Assembly (NCBI GenBank): GCA_000320545.1
Contig: ADNK01000875.1
Span: 318,559 to 382,558 of the forward strand
Direction: 5' to 3'
From: Bigelowiella natans CCMP2755
Taxonomy: Eukaryota > Protista > Cercozoa
DNA: 64,000 bases
How positions within the stretch are numbered: the first letter of the stretch is position 1; every line of letters begins with the position of its first letter. The notes below the pieces were generated by a model that saw only the letters and a list, made by a program, of their open reading frames with translations, was not told the DNA's origin and did no database searches. Of this stretch, positions 34,959 through 48,060 are shown piece after piece. The position numbers were made by a program, and so were the translations under genes.

Positions 34959-36706
34959 CCGTTATTAGCATTTGATGGCATGTGATAGATTTCTCTCTCC
35001 CACCCCCTCCCTCCTCTGCCACCATCATCCCTGAAGTTCCTTCGAGGTGATTGCGGATTTGGAGAGGAAGTTGTTCAAGCTCGTCGTTAAGGTCCGACCG
35101 TAAACTAGCACATAGAACTCACGCTGCTGCTTCTGATCTTTAGTAATACTCTCATCCATCCCCTCCCTCACTTTGCAGGAGTGCGATCGCGCTGCTGTGA
35201 AGGCGTCGGAAGCAGCAAAGAGGAAGGTCAGAAGACCAAGGCGGCTTGTTTGTTGCCAACAACTCCTTTGTTCTCAGCTGCTCATGCTCATGATTTGACT
35301 CGTTTCTTGGGACTCCTCACCTCACTTAGTCCCCCCCCCCCCCTTTCTTGTTCTTCTTCTTCCCCCCCCAAGATACGATCTGCCGCATCGTCATCGTCAG
35401 GCAGTGATGACACCTCTACGAAGTCAGATCCTTTTGGCCTCCAAGACTCCAAAGATGGCGAATCCGGTGTGGTAGGGAGTGGTAGGGAGATGATCAAAAT
35501 TAGGGAAGGGAAGGCGTTGTGGGGGTAATAGATCGAGAGTGGTCATCATTCACGTGCGTCGGTGAGAGGTAGAAATGGATGGCGTTAGATAATAGTTAAT
35601 TATCTTGTAGGCGCTACTACAAAGGCGGAGCAAGTATCGCCCGAGTTCCGCAAAGTGTTCGACCTGTGCTTGATTCTCGCTTTGCTGGATAAGAAGCACC
35701 AGGGGCTAGGAAGATACTGCTTTGCTGCCCGAACGATGGTATTGACAGGAGAGAAGCAGTTGTACAATGTCCTTCATTATGATGAATTTGCCGAAGAGTA
35801 ATAAGAACCATCAGCAGCAGTTGCCTCATTGCTGATGAGGCCAGTTGTTGGAAGCACTCACACTCGACTTCTTCTTCTGCGTGCGTTTGCTTTCCCCCCT
35901 TAGCTTGTTCTGGGCTCCAAAAAGCTCCAGATTGGGAGCAATCCGGTATTTGCACAACCCTCTTGTTTGTTGGGATGAACCTCATCTTCTTCATCATCAT
36001 CACCATTATCATCATCATCATCATCATCATTACCACCACCACCAACACCAACACCAACATCGACGACAACATATGTGCCGGTATGTTATTGAGTGGTCTG
36101 TATTTATTGATCTTGCTCATCCTCCTCCTCATCCTCATCCTTCTTCTTCTTCCCTTCAGGGGTCTGTCAAATACCCCGACCGGCTGTCCGAGATGTTAGA
36201 CGCCATTGCGTTTTGCATACAGCTCCATATGGATCCACTCAGGGTCTCTCTCTCCCTCTCTCCCTCCCTCACCCCTTTTATATCTTGTCATCGTGCCTAT
36301 TGTGCCTAACGTGCCTTTCGTTTGGTCATCTTCAAATTGCTGCCTCTCTCAGCTAGCAGCTTCTCTTTCCTTTGCCCTCCACCACCACCACCACCATCAT
36401 CATTATCATCTTCATCCTGCTAACGATGCTGCTGCTGATGGTACACCGCTTGGTAGGAGAGATTTGGCCCGGGCTCAGAGCTGCGATTAATTCAAGAACT
36501 AGTGGAGGAATGCGACAGCAAGGTAGTAGTCGCCACTATTTCCCGCCCCCCCCTCCTCCTTCCTTCTTCCTTCCCTGATGCTGCTGCTGCTGCTGCTACT
36601 GCCACGCACACGATCATTGCGAGAGCACGGATAAAACAACGACGATGATGCTGTGAGCGGCCATCATTGCAGTACCGACATAGCAGCAGCACATAACACG
36701 ACGACA

Positions 36707-36738
<32 letters not shown>

Positions 36739-37271
36739 CATCATCATCATCATCATCATCATCCTCTCCTCCCTCTCCCCCTCAGATCCACCAGCTCGTG
36801 AAGCAGTTTATCGACACGAAAAAGATAGGAAAGATCGTCAAAGGTGTGCAGAAGCTGCGGCATGCACGCCATACCAACCGAAGGAGGGGAGGGGGCGGCG
36901 TAGGAGGAGGAGGAGACTCCAAGAACAGCCAAACTCAAGACAAAGGTGATGATGGTGCACTATATAGGAGAAGTAGTATGTACTATACAACTGTAGCCGT
37001 GAGGAGGCGGACAAGGAGAAGGAGGATGAGAGGGGGGGGGGAGCGTATGACTTGTGTGTGCGTTTGCACGGGGCAAATAAGCGGCTAGCGATGAGTGACA
37101 ACGACCCTTAAGTAAAAAGTGATGAAATGTTGTTTATCTACCTACTAGGAGGGGGGAACAACAAGGGATTAGGAGGCCATTCTGGAGGTGGTGCGAGTGG
37201 TGGTGCGAGTGGTGGTGGGAGTGGTGGCTATGAACCCAAAATGCTCGATGGACTGTTGGAAGAGGTTTGTG

Positions 37272-37305
<34 letters not shown>

Positions 37306-38148
37306 AAGCATCCATCCTCATCACCATCGTATTGTCGTCGTCGATGGGCCTCGTTACTGCTCCACCATCCGTTTTATCACTCGCTAATCTTGTCTTCTTC
37401 TTCTTCTTCTTCTTCTTCTTCTTCTTCTTCTCTTCCAGATTGCATATATTCTGAGAGAAATACAGATCTTCGACTACAACATAAGGTTTGCTTCGACTAC
37501 TTTCTACGCGCGCGCGCGCGCGTGTGTGTGTAAATGATGTGGTATTGGTTGTGGTGGTGGTGGTTTTCTCCCCAACGAATCTCTCGCTATCTCTTGATGT
37601 CCGCTTCTTCACGATAGTCGTCGTTATGATCAACCATCACAGGCAAAGAGGTGATGCAGCTCGTAAGGAGCTGAAAGAAGCCCAATCCCAGGTTGTGATG
37701 AGCATTGAGAGAAGGAAGGAGGGGGAAACACCAAAAAGGAGGAAGAAGAACGAGATACGACGATGATGATAATGATGATTAATTACCTACCACTCGACTG
37801 CCCACGTATTCAAAGCAAATATACCCGCTCCCCCCCCCCTTCTTTAGCAAGCACTATGGAAGGCAATGTGTGAAGACCGGCTGAAGGACTCCCTACCGAG
37901 AACAACCAAGGTAGTAGTCCTGTGCAAAACCGCTGGGAAGCATCCTGCTAATGCGTTGATACAATGGCTCATTTTTCGATGTTTTGCATATGTTAATGTT
38001 GTTACGTGTTGCTTGCAGGTCAATCAACTGCAGCAAGAACTAAGCGGCCACTACATCGTCATTGAGGTGAGCGAGCGCGCGTGCGCGTGCATGCGTGCGC
38101 GCTCGAGTTATGTCGTCATCATAATAATCCTCCTGCTCTCTCCCTCTC

Positions 38149-38185
<37 letters not shown>

Positions 38186-38195
38186 GTGCGCGCGC

Positions 38196-38237
<42 letters not shown>

Positions 38238-38771
38238 AGGAGTACTTCATGAACCAAGACGTGCAGACGGCAATAGAGCTTGACGACAACTCTGATAACG
38301 CGCAGACCACCTCGATGGTGAAGAATAACAAGATGATGATGATGATGATGATGATGATGATATGACGATGGTGATGACGATGATTAGATGATGAAGATTA
38401 TTATTTTTAGTATTGCTCTGCTTGAGTTCTGTCTGTACATATCTGATAGCTGATGCGCGCTGCATATCCATACCCAGGTGGACGACGTGTTTTATATCCT
38501 GAAGAAATGCTCCGAGCGGGCGTTCTCCACGTGCGACATGAACTCCGCTTGTGCAATCGTCAACCTGCTCAACAGCATGCTGCAAACCCTCTACAAAGAT
38601 CAGGTGGTGGAGAAGGAGAGAGAGAGAGATTGGGGTCAAGAAATGAGAGTTCTGTCCTATCGAACGACCTACTCTCTCCTTTACGTCTGGCTGTGGAGGA
38701 TACATTTTGTGGTGTGATGTGTGACGTGTATGCGCATACTTTCACTTTCACGAACAACGATATTGCGTGTG

Positions 38772-38803
<32 letters not shown>

Positions 38804-38943
38804 ATACAATAGCTCTCGTCGAAGCTAGCGGTGTGCTGGGAGAAGACGCAACATCTTACGCAGCTCCTCTTTGCACAAGACCAGGGCAATCAAGAGAAGG
38901 TGCTACCACCGTGTGGGCATGATGATAGTAGTGGCGTTTCAAG

Positions 38944-38977
<34 letters not shown>

Positions 38978-39196
38978 AAAGATAAAGATGATGATGATGG
39001 TGATGGTGATGACACGTTGAGCATTCGAAAAACCAATGCTACAGCAGGGTAGTACCTCCGAAAAACCTGCTGCTGGAAATGTGAAATCATCATCATCATC
39101 ATCATCATCGTTTTTAGGTTGAATCTAGCATCATCACTGCTCTAAATAACATCCAAGTCAGCGCGGCACATATTGGAACCCTCAAGTAAGAAGCAG

Positions 39197-39236
<40 letters not shown>

Positions 39237-40862
39237 CCTCCTATATACCTAGACAGCTGGGGAAGGGCTATGCAATAGTTCCTTGCCAAAAACATCAACT
39301 ACCAAATCGTTTGACGATGATAAAAATAATGAACTACCAAATCGTTTGACGATGATAAAAAAAATGATGATGATGATGACGATGATGCAGAAACCACCTG
39401 ATGGCGCACACAATGGACGTGTTCGAGCATGTTCCAGCTGCCATTAAGATGGCCACGCACTGCCTGGATGGCCTTGGCGACACGAGGGACTCCTACATGC
39501 GGATAGTGCACCAGTACATTGCTAAGTTCGTCAAGGATCAGGTATAATACGAATCCCTCCCCACCACCACAACTGCCACTACCACTACCATAGCGGAGGA
39601 AGCATTAGAGTCAGATTTTTCGTCAAGAACACAGCGTACTAGCATGCAACACAGCAGCGGCAGCGGCAGCAGCATCACACTGATAGATAGACGACCTGAA
39701 AAATAGGGTAGCTGTATTGTGCTGTCGGAGTAGTAGAGGAATCGGGTCAGGTGTGTTGTTTTTGCTGATGGTGATTTATGGGCGTTCTCTTCCAACCACT
39801 AGGTAAGTAAGGTCAGTGGCCCCAAAGCCCTCGGAACTCTTCTCGAAAGGTGAAGAAACAGCAGCAGCACCAACAGTAGTAGGAATAGCCGCAGACCTGA
39901 CCGCAAGCATTAGTTGTGGTAGGAGAAGCTTAGAAGGCCGATATTATAGCAGCGCATCTTGTTGACGTGCCCACCACCAACAAACAGGTTCGGACAGCAG
40001 AATTATGAGCTGAAGGAGGGGGACTACCTCACTAGGGAGGCCAACGACAGCTACATCCCCACTCTGCTTCTTGCACTTGAATCGCAACACAAAGTAAGAG
40101 GCGGCCTCAAGACCCCTCCCCTCCCCTCCCCTCCTGCCTTCGTCACCTCCGGTTCCATCCCGTGCTCATCTTCCATGTGTTGTTGTTGTTGTTGTTGTGT
40201 GTAAGGCGATGAATGGTCGATTGACGCAAAGCAACTTGGAGCTGATGCTGAGCGCCCTCGCCAACCATATTGTCAACGTGCGTCTGTCTTCTACGAAAAC
40301 AAGCAATCATCTTCGTAGCTGTTGTAGCATTTGTAGTAATGCGTGGTGGTTTTGATAACACACACAGTATCCCCCTCTTCCTCCTCCTCCTCTTCTCACC
40401 TCTCGCTGAAGAATGTCTGTCTTTTGCCCCCTTTCCTCCACGCTGTTTCCCTGTGTTCTCCCTCTATCGATATACAGTCGATCGAGACCTATGCGATGCG
40501 CAAGAGATTCACGTTTTGGGGGGGGCTGCAGTTTGATAAAGACGTGCGAAAAATCTCGAGTTTGTTCAACAAGTTGTCCACCAAGCCAATCCGAGATAAG
40601 TTTTCCCGTCTGTTGCAAATCGCCTCCTTGCTGCAAGTTGATAAGGTGAAGTCGGTTATTAGCTGCGTGCGCGCCGTTCTTGGCGGCATGTACTGAGATG
40701 TGTTCTGTGTTGTTGCAAATTATCGAACTAAAGGTGGAGGAGATCTTAGATTATTGGACCAGTGATGCACAAGTGTGGCGCTTATCGCCAATGGACGTCA
40801 AAGCTGTTCTGGGACTACGAGTCGAATTTTCAAAAGCAGCAATCAATAAGATACAATTATAA
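33540..40862 (+). CDS. COG4: Conserved oligomeric Golgi complex subunit 4, multi-exon (5' end uncertain)
   Basis: LSSKVRRLDVAQARLEEAIHRVDTIVNLK; EEYFMNQDVQTAIELD..TTSM|VDDVFYILKKCSERAFST; RFTFWGGLQFDKDVRKI..IRDKFSRLLQIASLL..|VEEILDYW..WRLSPMDVKAVLGLRVEFSKAAINKIQL*. Confidence 0.92.
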
Positions 40863-41439
40863 AATCTAGAAATTACTATCTGGTCAAAGTGAGCTAGATA
40901 GTGATAACTGAAAACTGCAATTCTGCATGCAATTTCTCCATCTGGATGATCATTGTTTTTGGACACGATTACTTACGTCTAGCTAGCTAGCTAGACGTCC
41001 AGCTCGATCCACATCACATGCGTACCTGATTGCACAGCAGTCTAGCAGTCGACTAAGCTAGCAAGACTAGTAGACGAATTGCATTGCTGGATTGATGTGA
41101 ATTGCTCTCTTGTGTACGTGAGCGCTAGGCTAGTAGGGAGCATCTACATGGAGATGACAATGCTCGCCACCAAAGCTGTGCATTTGATTTTTGTGCACTT
41201 GTGCTCATTTCTTTATTCGCGTGCTGAACTGCTAGACTGCAACTTGCACATCCATTGTGTTTCTTGATGCATGTGCCTGCACTAAATCTGATCTAGATAG
41301 ACATGACTCGCATTAAGTTCTGCTGCTAGCTAGCTAGGCAGCAAGATAAGCGCAAAAGTTTTCACACGGCGGCGGTGCGAGCGAGTGCGGCCAAATCGTC
41401 GCCAGTTTGTAACAATTGAAACACATGCGTGGGACTCTT

Positions 41440-41467
41440 TTAATTGATTCATTACATCCGTCTTACA
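41440..41467 (-). repeat. Dispersed 3'-flank element, copy C (core only), between 10-bp direct repeats
   Basis: ttaattgattcattacatccgtcttaca lies between TGGGACTCTT at 41430-41439 and 41470-41479. Confidence 0.75.
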
Positions 41468-41638
41468 AATGGGACTCTTATAGAGCGAATAAATTATGAG
41501 TCATGAGGCTTGTGTACCTCTCAAATACATATTAGCCGCCTGGCGGTCTACATAAATCTAGGTAGACAGAATAATTGTCATTTGTTACAGCACGCATGCA
41601 AGCTAGATGCACTGTATCTGTGTAAACGTTGTCAGTGA

Positions 41639-44577
41639 TCAATCTGATTTTGCGCGCAGAACTCGGTATTTGGATGCAGGGCCTTTATCATCGCCGCTAA
41701 TAATAGACCCGTCATCGTCTACTCGAAGAAATTTACCGGGAACTTTTACGGATTCTAAGGCAACAAGCTGTCCTGGATTTTTTCGCTTGTTATGAATTCT
41801 GAAATGACAAGCCTTTCCTCCCTTACCATTAATGGTGACTCTATCTTTTTTAGCGTTCACCTTCAAGTACTTCTCCTTGTTTAGATGGAGAAATTTGACT
41901 TCGTTATTCCCAATATAGAACATAGCCCACTTAGTTGCCCTCCCAAAACCACCCAGAGCGTCTGCTTTCTTTTTGTTACATCTGATATTTTTATGAGTCT
42001 TCGACGTTATGTGAATCTCCATTCTCTCACCTTTCTCCCCATTGAGCTTGCATATCCCATGGTATTTGTCCTTATTACCGATAAGCTGGAAGAATTTTTT
42101 ACTCTCTTTTTCAACTTTGGTCTCATCATCCTCTTTCTCGATTTCGGTAACGAGGAAGAGCTCCCAGCCACGACAATGAGGTTGGGTAGTGTAGCCTTTT
42201 CCGTCCATTAGCGAGCATAGATAACTCTCATGGATAGTCTTGAATCCAATCTTTCCCCATTTAGATATTGGCGTGAAGAGTGCATTAGGAGAGCATTTTT
42301 TATTAACGCCTATCGTTCTGTTCTTACGGGCGACAAGATAGGTTCCCTGAGAGCTTTTCAGAGCTACTTTACCTCTCGAGATCTCCACTGTAAATACAGA
42401 GGAAGAGTCGCCTTCTTTTGCAACTTGAGAGATGACGCCATCGCTGTCCACAGACATGGTAGAGTTGTGCATGTCCCTTAGACTTACTTTATCTCCGCTC
42501 TCGAATCCAAGGGCCTGTAATGGGCCGTGTGGAACAATACTGAACAGTTCCCAGCCTTTGCAGTGAGGATTGCAGCAAAATCCAATGTTGTCATTCATGG
42601 CACAGATGAACGTTTTGTGGGCCGAGCGAAGTCCGAGTTTCTGGCCTTGAAAAACCGGATCAAACATCTCCCACGCCTTGCAATAAGGCTCAAGCTTGAC
42701 ACTGTTGTCTTTGCGGGCGCTGAGATAAGTTCCATGGTGGCTGAAGAAAGCACACATTGAGGTGAATAATGTTAATAACGGGACTGTGAAATTGAATAAT
42801 AAATTCTGCATCGAATTGTAATCAAAATTATTGCTACCTCCTGAAAGCAACCTTTGCTTCCTTGATCTCTACTGTAAAGATCTCCCAAGCTTTGGCTTGT
42901 CCCATTTGCCTTACAGAGAGATTCCTTCTTGCGGAAATGTAGGTGTTGTGGTGGGTGAGCAGCGCAATCTTCGTTCCATCGAGATTAGCAAATTCTCCCT
43001 GAGGTGTCGAGCTGATGTCTTTCTCAGTGATCTTTATCTTCTTACTCTTCACATCCTGCAGGGTCTGGTCAACCTCTTTAGCTTTAGCTTCGGCCTTTTC
43101 GCGACTCCTTTTCTCCTCATCTAGTTTCTTCCGGAGCTGCTCGTCTGTTTCTTTTGTATCACTGTCGTCCTGTTGAGTGAACTCCTTCAAGTCATCATCA
43201 ATGTCGTCGTCATCATCATCATCATCGCTATCCTCATTATCCTGCCCAGATCCGCCAAGTTTTTCCAGCAGCTCTTGCTCCCTTGCCTTGGCTGCAGCGA
43301 TTTGAGCTTCAAGTTTGAGCTTCATTTCCTGTTCACGTCGAATGAAAAGTTCTTCGATCGACTCCTGAGAGTCAATAACTTAGGCATTCTCGTAAGGATT
43401 TGACCCAATCACTTCTATCACCTTTTCGCGAATTTGGGCCTCCTTTGCGGCCTTGAGCTCTGCCTCTAGTTGCTCCGCACGTGCTTTCGCTTCTCGCTCC
43501 CTTTGCTTGAGAAGCGCCTCCTTGGCTTCCGCTGCTTTGTTCGATAGATCCTCCTGCAGAGGTAGGAAGAAGTAGAATGAATCCATGAGACTGAAATTCA
43601 GTCAAGTTGTGCCTTCTCCTACTAACCAGCTGGATGATGGTATCTTTGTGCTTTTCACCGATGACAGTAGCCACAGCTTTCCCTAAACGTTGAAATGTTG
43701 TTTAGGATCTACATCACATGACCTTTTGGAAAAGAAATGTATCCCTCACCGCCTTTCATGTAGGTCAGATTCAATTCCTTGCCGCTGATGTGGTTACTTA
43801 ATGGGTCAAAGCCGAAATAGCTGCTCAGATCCTTAGAGCTTTCGAACTTGAGGGAGAATCCAGCTACCTTTAGTTTATTTGTATGCTCAGGACTAGTTCG
43901 TGACCAACAATGACGCAGCACACCTTCTTTTCAAGGAGACCGCGGACGTCAGTCCTAATCTTATCTGTTCCATACATAGCAGAAATGATACCGTAGCGTG
44001 ATGGATTTGGGGCGGGGGGCAGCCCTCCACTCCCTTCGAACTGAGTTTTGAAGAGGATCTTTCCAGATTCACGTCTGTGGGATTCTTCCTAAAGAAAAAT
44101 AGTTATAATAAACGATTCACAATTTGCGAGAACTTTCGCTAATTATAGGGCATACATGAATAAAGAATTACCTTATAGAGAGGAATCCATGTCTCCGGTT
44201 CACTCAGAAGTGAGAATATCGGAATTCTCACCATGCAACATTCGCCGTCCAGGCCAAAATTTTCATTCATGATTTTTACCTGAATGTGTCTGTCATCGCA
44301 GCCTTTGAGATCGAAATCGAGAGTTTGGTTCCATTGAGGATGACGATCCCCGTCTTTATGCACCTTGAGTAGGGTAAGTTTGATTCTGTGTGACAAACAC
44401 TGTCAGCATATGCTCGTAACTCGTAACCTTAGTTTTCTTCTTCTGCTTTCCAAATTCGAGGACGCAATAAGGATCTTGCTTTCCCATGAGTTGCTTCTTC
44501 GGAACGTCGCTCGCTCGGACGCACGTGATTGACAGCTTGCCAGTCAAAGGTTCGATGTCGTCAAATACTGTCCCCAT
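41639..44577 (-). CDS. C2 domain + coiled coil + fascin-like beta-trefoil repeat protein
   Basis: N-terminal C2: GKLSITCVRASDVPKKQLMGKQDPYCVLEFGKQKKKTK|VHKDGDRHPQWNQTLDFDL. Coiled coil at 43050-43560. Repeated fascin-like units KIALLTHHNTYISAR, HHGTYLSAR..EPYCKAWEMF, KVALKSSQGTYLVAR, PHCRGWELF. Confidence 0.8.
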
Positions 44578-44888
44578 GGTGAAATGTCTGACAAAATTAG
44601 AAAACATGTAAAACTCTCCGTATCCATAGAATTCTTCATCTGAATTTGATCTGATGCTAGGAACTAAGAACTAAGAACAAGAAATAATCGAGAAATTGCG
44701 CAGATTCGGTACGAATCCCACTCCGTTCTCATTGAGAATTTTCATCACAAAGATTCAATGCGAACCATTCGGTTCATCCTCACTAAGGACTTTCCAACAA
44801 TAGATTCAAGTCTTTTCAACTTTTCAAAGCTCATTAAAGCTCATTGGTGGAAACACGAGTGAAGAAAGGCATCCTTCTTACGTCAGCT

Positions 44889-47104
44889 ATGTCGGTCACT
44901 TCAGTTGTGGGTTTGCGGAGGACGAGAACTTGGATGTGTTTGATTCTCGCAACCTACGTGTTGATATTTCCACATCATGACGCGCACACTTGTGCTGCTG
45001 ATGCTGCTGTTACTACGACCGTACTTCTTCCCAGACGCGAGCACAAAATGCAACCGAATTCCTAGAAAGTGTTCGGTGTTCAGTTCGTTTATCCCATGTG
45101 TGATTTTTCGTAGTAGCAGCACAATCGTCGTCGGTGAGCTATTCCTGGAACATTGTGTTGTTAGGCGAAATTACCTGGTTGAGGCTGTTCTCGAAATAGA
45201 TACATCTCCGTAGGTAATTTCGCCTTGTAACAAACGTATCACCGAATGACAATAAAACACAGGCTTTTCCTTAGCGTCGACATGGAAGTTTCTTCTTCTT
45301 CTTCTTACCAGCTACAACCAACCGCAACGCAGATTCGCTCGTCCTCGTACCCCCAGTCCTTCGGAACCAGGAGGATGGATACCGGTTGAGGACGCACCCG
45401 AATGACCACAATGTTTCTGAGACAGTGCAGCTACCTACAATATTCTCAACTCGTAGGTCCCCCATGGGAAACAATAACACAAGTTGAATCAGAGCCCGCA
45501 CAGCAGCCATTAACGCGAGCTTGGGTGCTTGCCGAGCATGCCACGTAGACGGGAGGGGCAGAGGGCGTCACCTCTGCAGCGCAGTTTAAATGTTCGTTGC
45601 ATAGGTTTGGTGTTTTTGATGACAAAACTATCGAGCGTTCACTGTAATGGTGGGGAGGAGGACATCACAGATATAACAGGGAGCTTCCCTTCCTCACATC
45701 GCCGCAGAACTGGTGTGCTCATTGACGATACAGAATCGAGGCCTCGAAGGTATGTATAATGCTAGGGACGTGTAAGCTACCATACAGAGCTATTCTTTCT
45801 CCGTGGTAGATTCAATGAAAGAATGAGTGTTCGACATTCTGTTGATTCACTTGCCAGGATGCACCGCGTAAAGGCATCAAGGAAGTCTGTGGTTGGAAGT
45901 CGTTCAAGGCGAAAGAGACTGCGGCGGCAGAGGGGGAAAAGCAGGAATCCTTCTGGGCGTGACTGGTCGCTCAACTCAGCGATCATTGGGAAGGAGGATG
46001 GGGGGGGGATGCCCAAAGGCGTGATGAACATTATCTGGCCTCCTGCAGAGCTGCACAGGCAGGCAAGGATCAGAAGGTTGATCTCTGCACGATGTTTGGT
46101 GGTTATAAGCGCAGTTTATTTGCATTTATCACTATCCCTCTCAGCCTGTATAGCACTGATCGTTTTAAATCGATGTACATAAATAAATAAATAAATAAAT
46201 CACCATATCGTTCAGATCTGTATCGCGTTCAAGTACGAAAAGGGGCCTGGGAACATACAATCAGAGACATGAATGGAGGTGGGACTCGTACGCCGACGCC
46301 GAAAATGCTGTCCCGATTCGTAGAGAGGTATATAGTCTTCCGGAGATGGAGGATCAGGCTACGATTTTGGAGCTTTCGACCCAAATCCAAAACGAGGTGA
46401 ATAATAGTTAGTTGACAGCCTGGCACTGGAACCATCATCTTGACAGAAAACTAACGTGCTGCTGCTGCTCCTACTGACCCTTGACCCTATGACTGCATTG
46501 TACTCCTATATTGTTGTTTGAGCTTGGCTGCACACGATCAGGCCGAATGGTATATGAGCGGATATCACATCATGCACAATGCTTCCCGCCTCAGAGCCAT
46601 GATACAACAAACACCGGTAGTACTAGTTAAGAAATACTATTCCGCAGCAGTAGCAGTAGCAGCAGCATGTGGTCCTGGATATCTATTATAGAGGGGGCAG
46701 GCAACACTGAAAAGTCTCTATCTAAGCTTACTAAAAGAGAAGAAGTAGAGCAGCCTGATTTCCCAATGTAGGGAGTAGTTGTTTATTAATACTCTGCTAT
46801 CGATTCTTCAGGGAGGGTGGGTTCCTCTAAACAACATCGTTACGCGTACACGAATCAAGGCCATTACCCGTACCCCCCCCCCACCCCCCCCCCCTTCCTA
46901 AACTAGGCTTAAATTAGCCACCGATACACCATTAATTTTATGCTTCGACTGCTGCTAGTTGCATGTAGGAGGGCACGGAATTTTGAACTTTTGTTATTTT
47001 CTTTAAAATAGTATATGTTGGTCCTTGTCCAACCGTCCTCCTCCCTCTCTGGCGTGAGCATTGCATGTTGTTGCCCTCTTCCGTTTCAGACATACTGCAT
47101 GTGT

Positions 47105-47145
<41 letters not shown>

Positions 47146-47816
47146 TGTCGTATGCCTTTCTCAATCTCACCACTACATTTCTGAGAGATATTCTCATTGT
47201 TCGTGGATGGCGGTTGCTTTCAACGAGACAAGGAGACTCAGAACTTGTGGTCACGGCCCTGAAGTTGAAATCGATGAGCTCAAAAGTGCTCGAGATCCAC
47301 GAAAATGGGCAGTTACGGACCGATCCCTCTCTCCTGTGCAATCTTTTTGCACCAATAGATTTGACTATGCTTTGCCTTCCTTACAAACGATTTGAGTAGT
47401 AAAAGATACGTTTCGTATATGCATCATCGTTATCATCATCATCATCATCATCATCACTATCATCATCAAGTAGCTGAACAACACACAAATCTGATGATGA
47501 TAGGTTTGTCCGGAGGAGGGAACCTCTGCCCGAAGGTGGGGGTCGTCAGTTTGCAGCGTATTCACATCGTTGGGGGTGGGGCGCGCTAACGATATTTGTT
47601 GGGAGTAGGCGTGGCTTCGAGGGGAGAGGCCAGGATACAGGAGAAGGTTGTGCCGTCTTAATGACAACAACAATAACAACAACAACAACAACAATAACAA
47701 TAATATAACAATAATGACACTTAAAAGCTGTTTCAGACAGAGAAATAGGCTCGAGACACCAACAAACATTATGAGCAGCTGCACGACGGCCAATACCGAT
47801 GGGGAGATCGTCATGG

Positions 47817-47855
<39 letters not shown>

Positions 47856-48006
47856 ACATACCTCTCTTCATTCTAGGTGGAGTACATGTTCGGTGACCAA
47901 TATCTGCTTTCGCATACACAATATTTATCAAGACTCCAGTAATAATAAATAAATAAATAAATAAATAATGAAGAGTGCCATTCATGACTGCTATACTTTG
48001 AACCAA

Positions 48007-48060
<54 letters not shown>

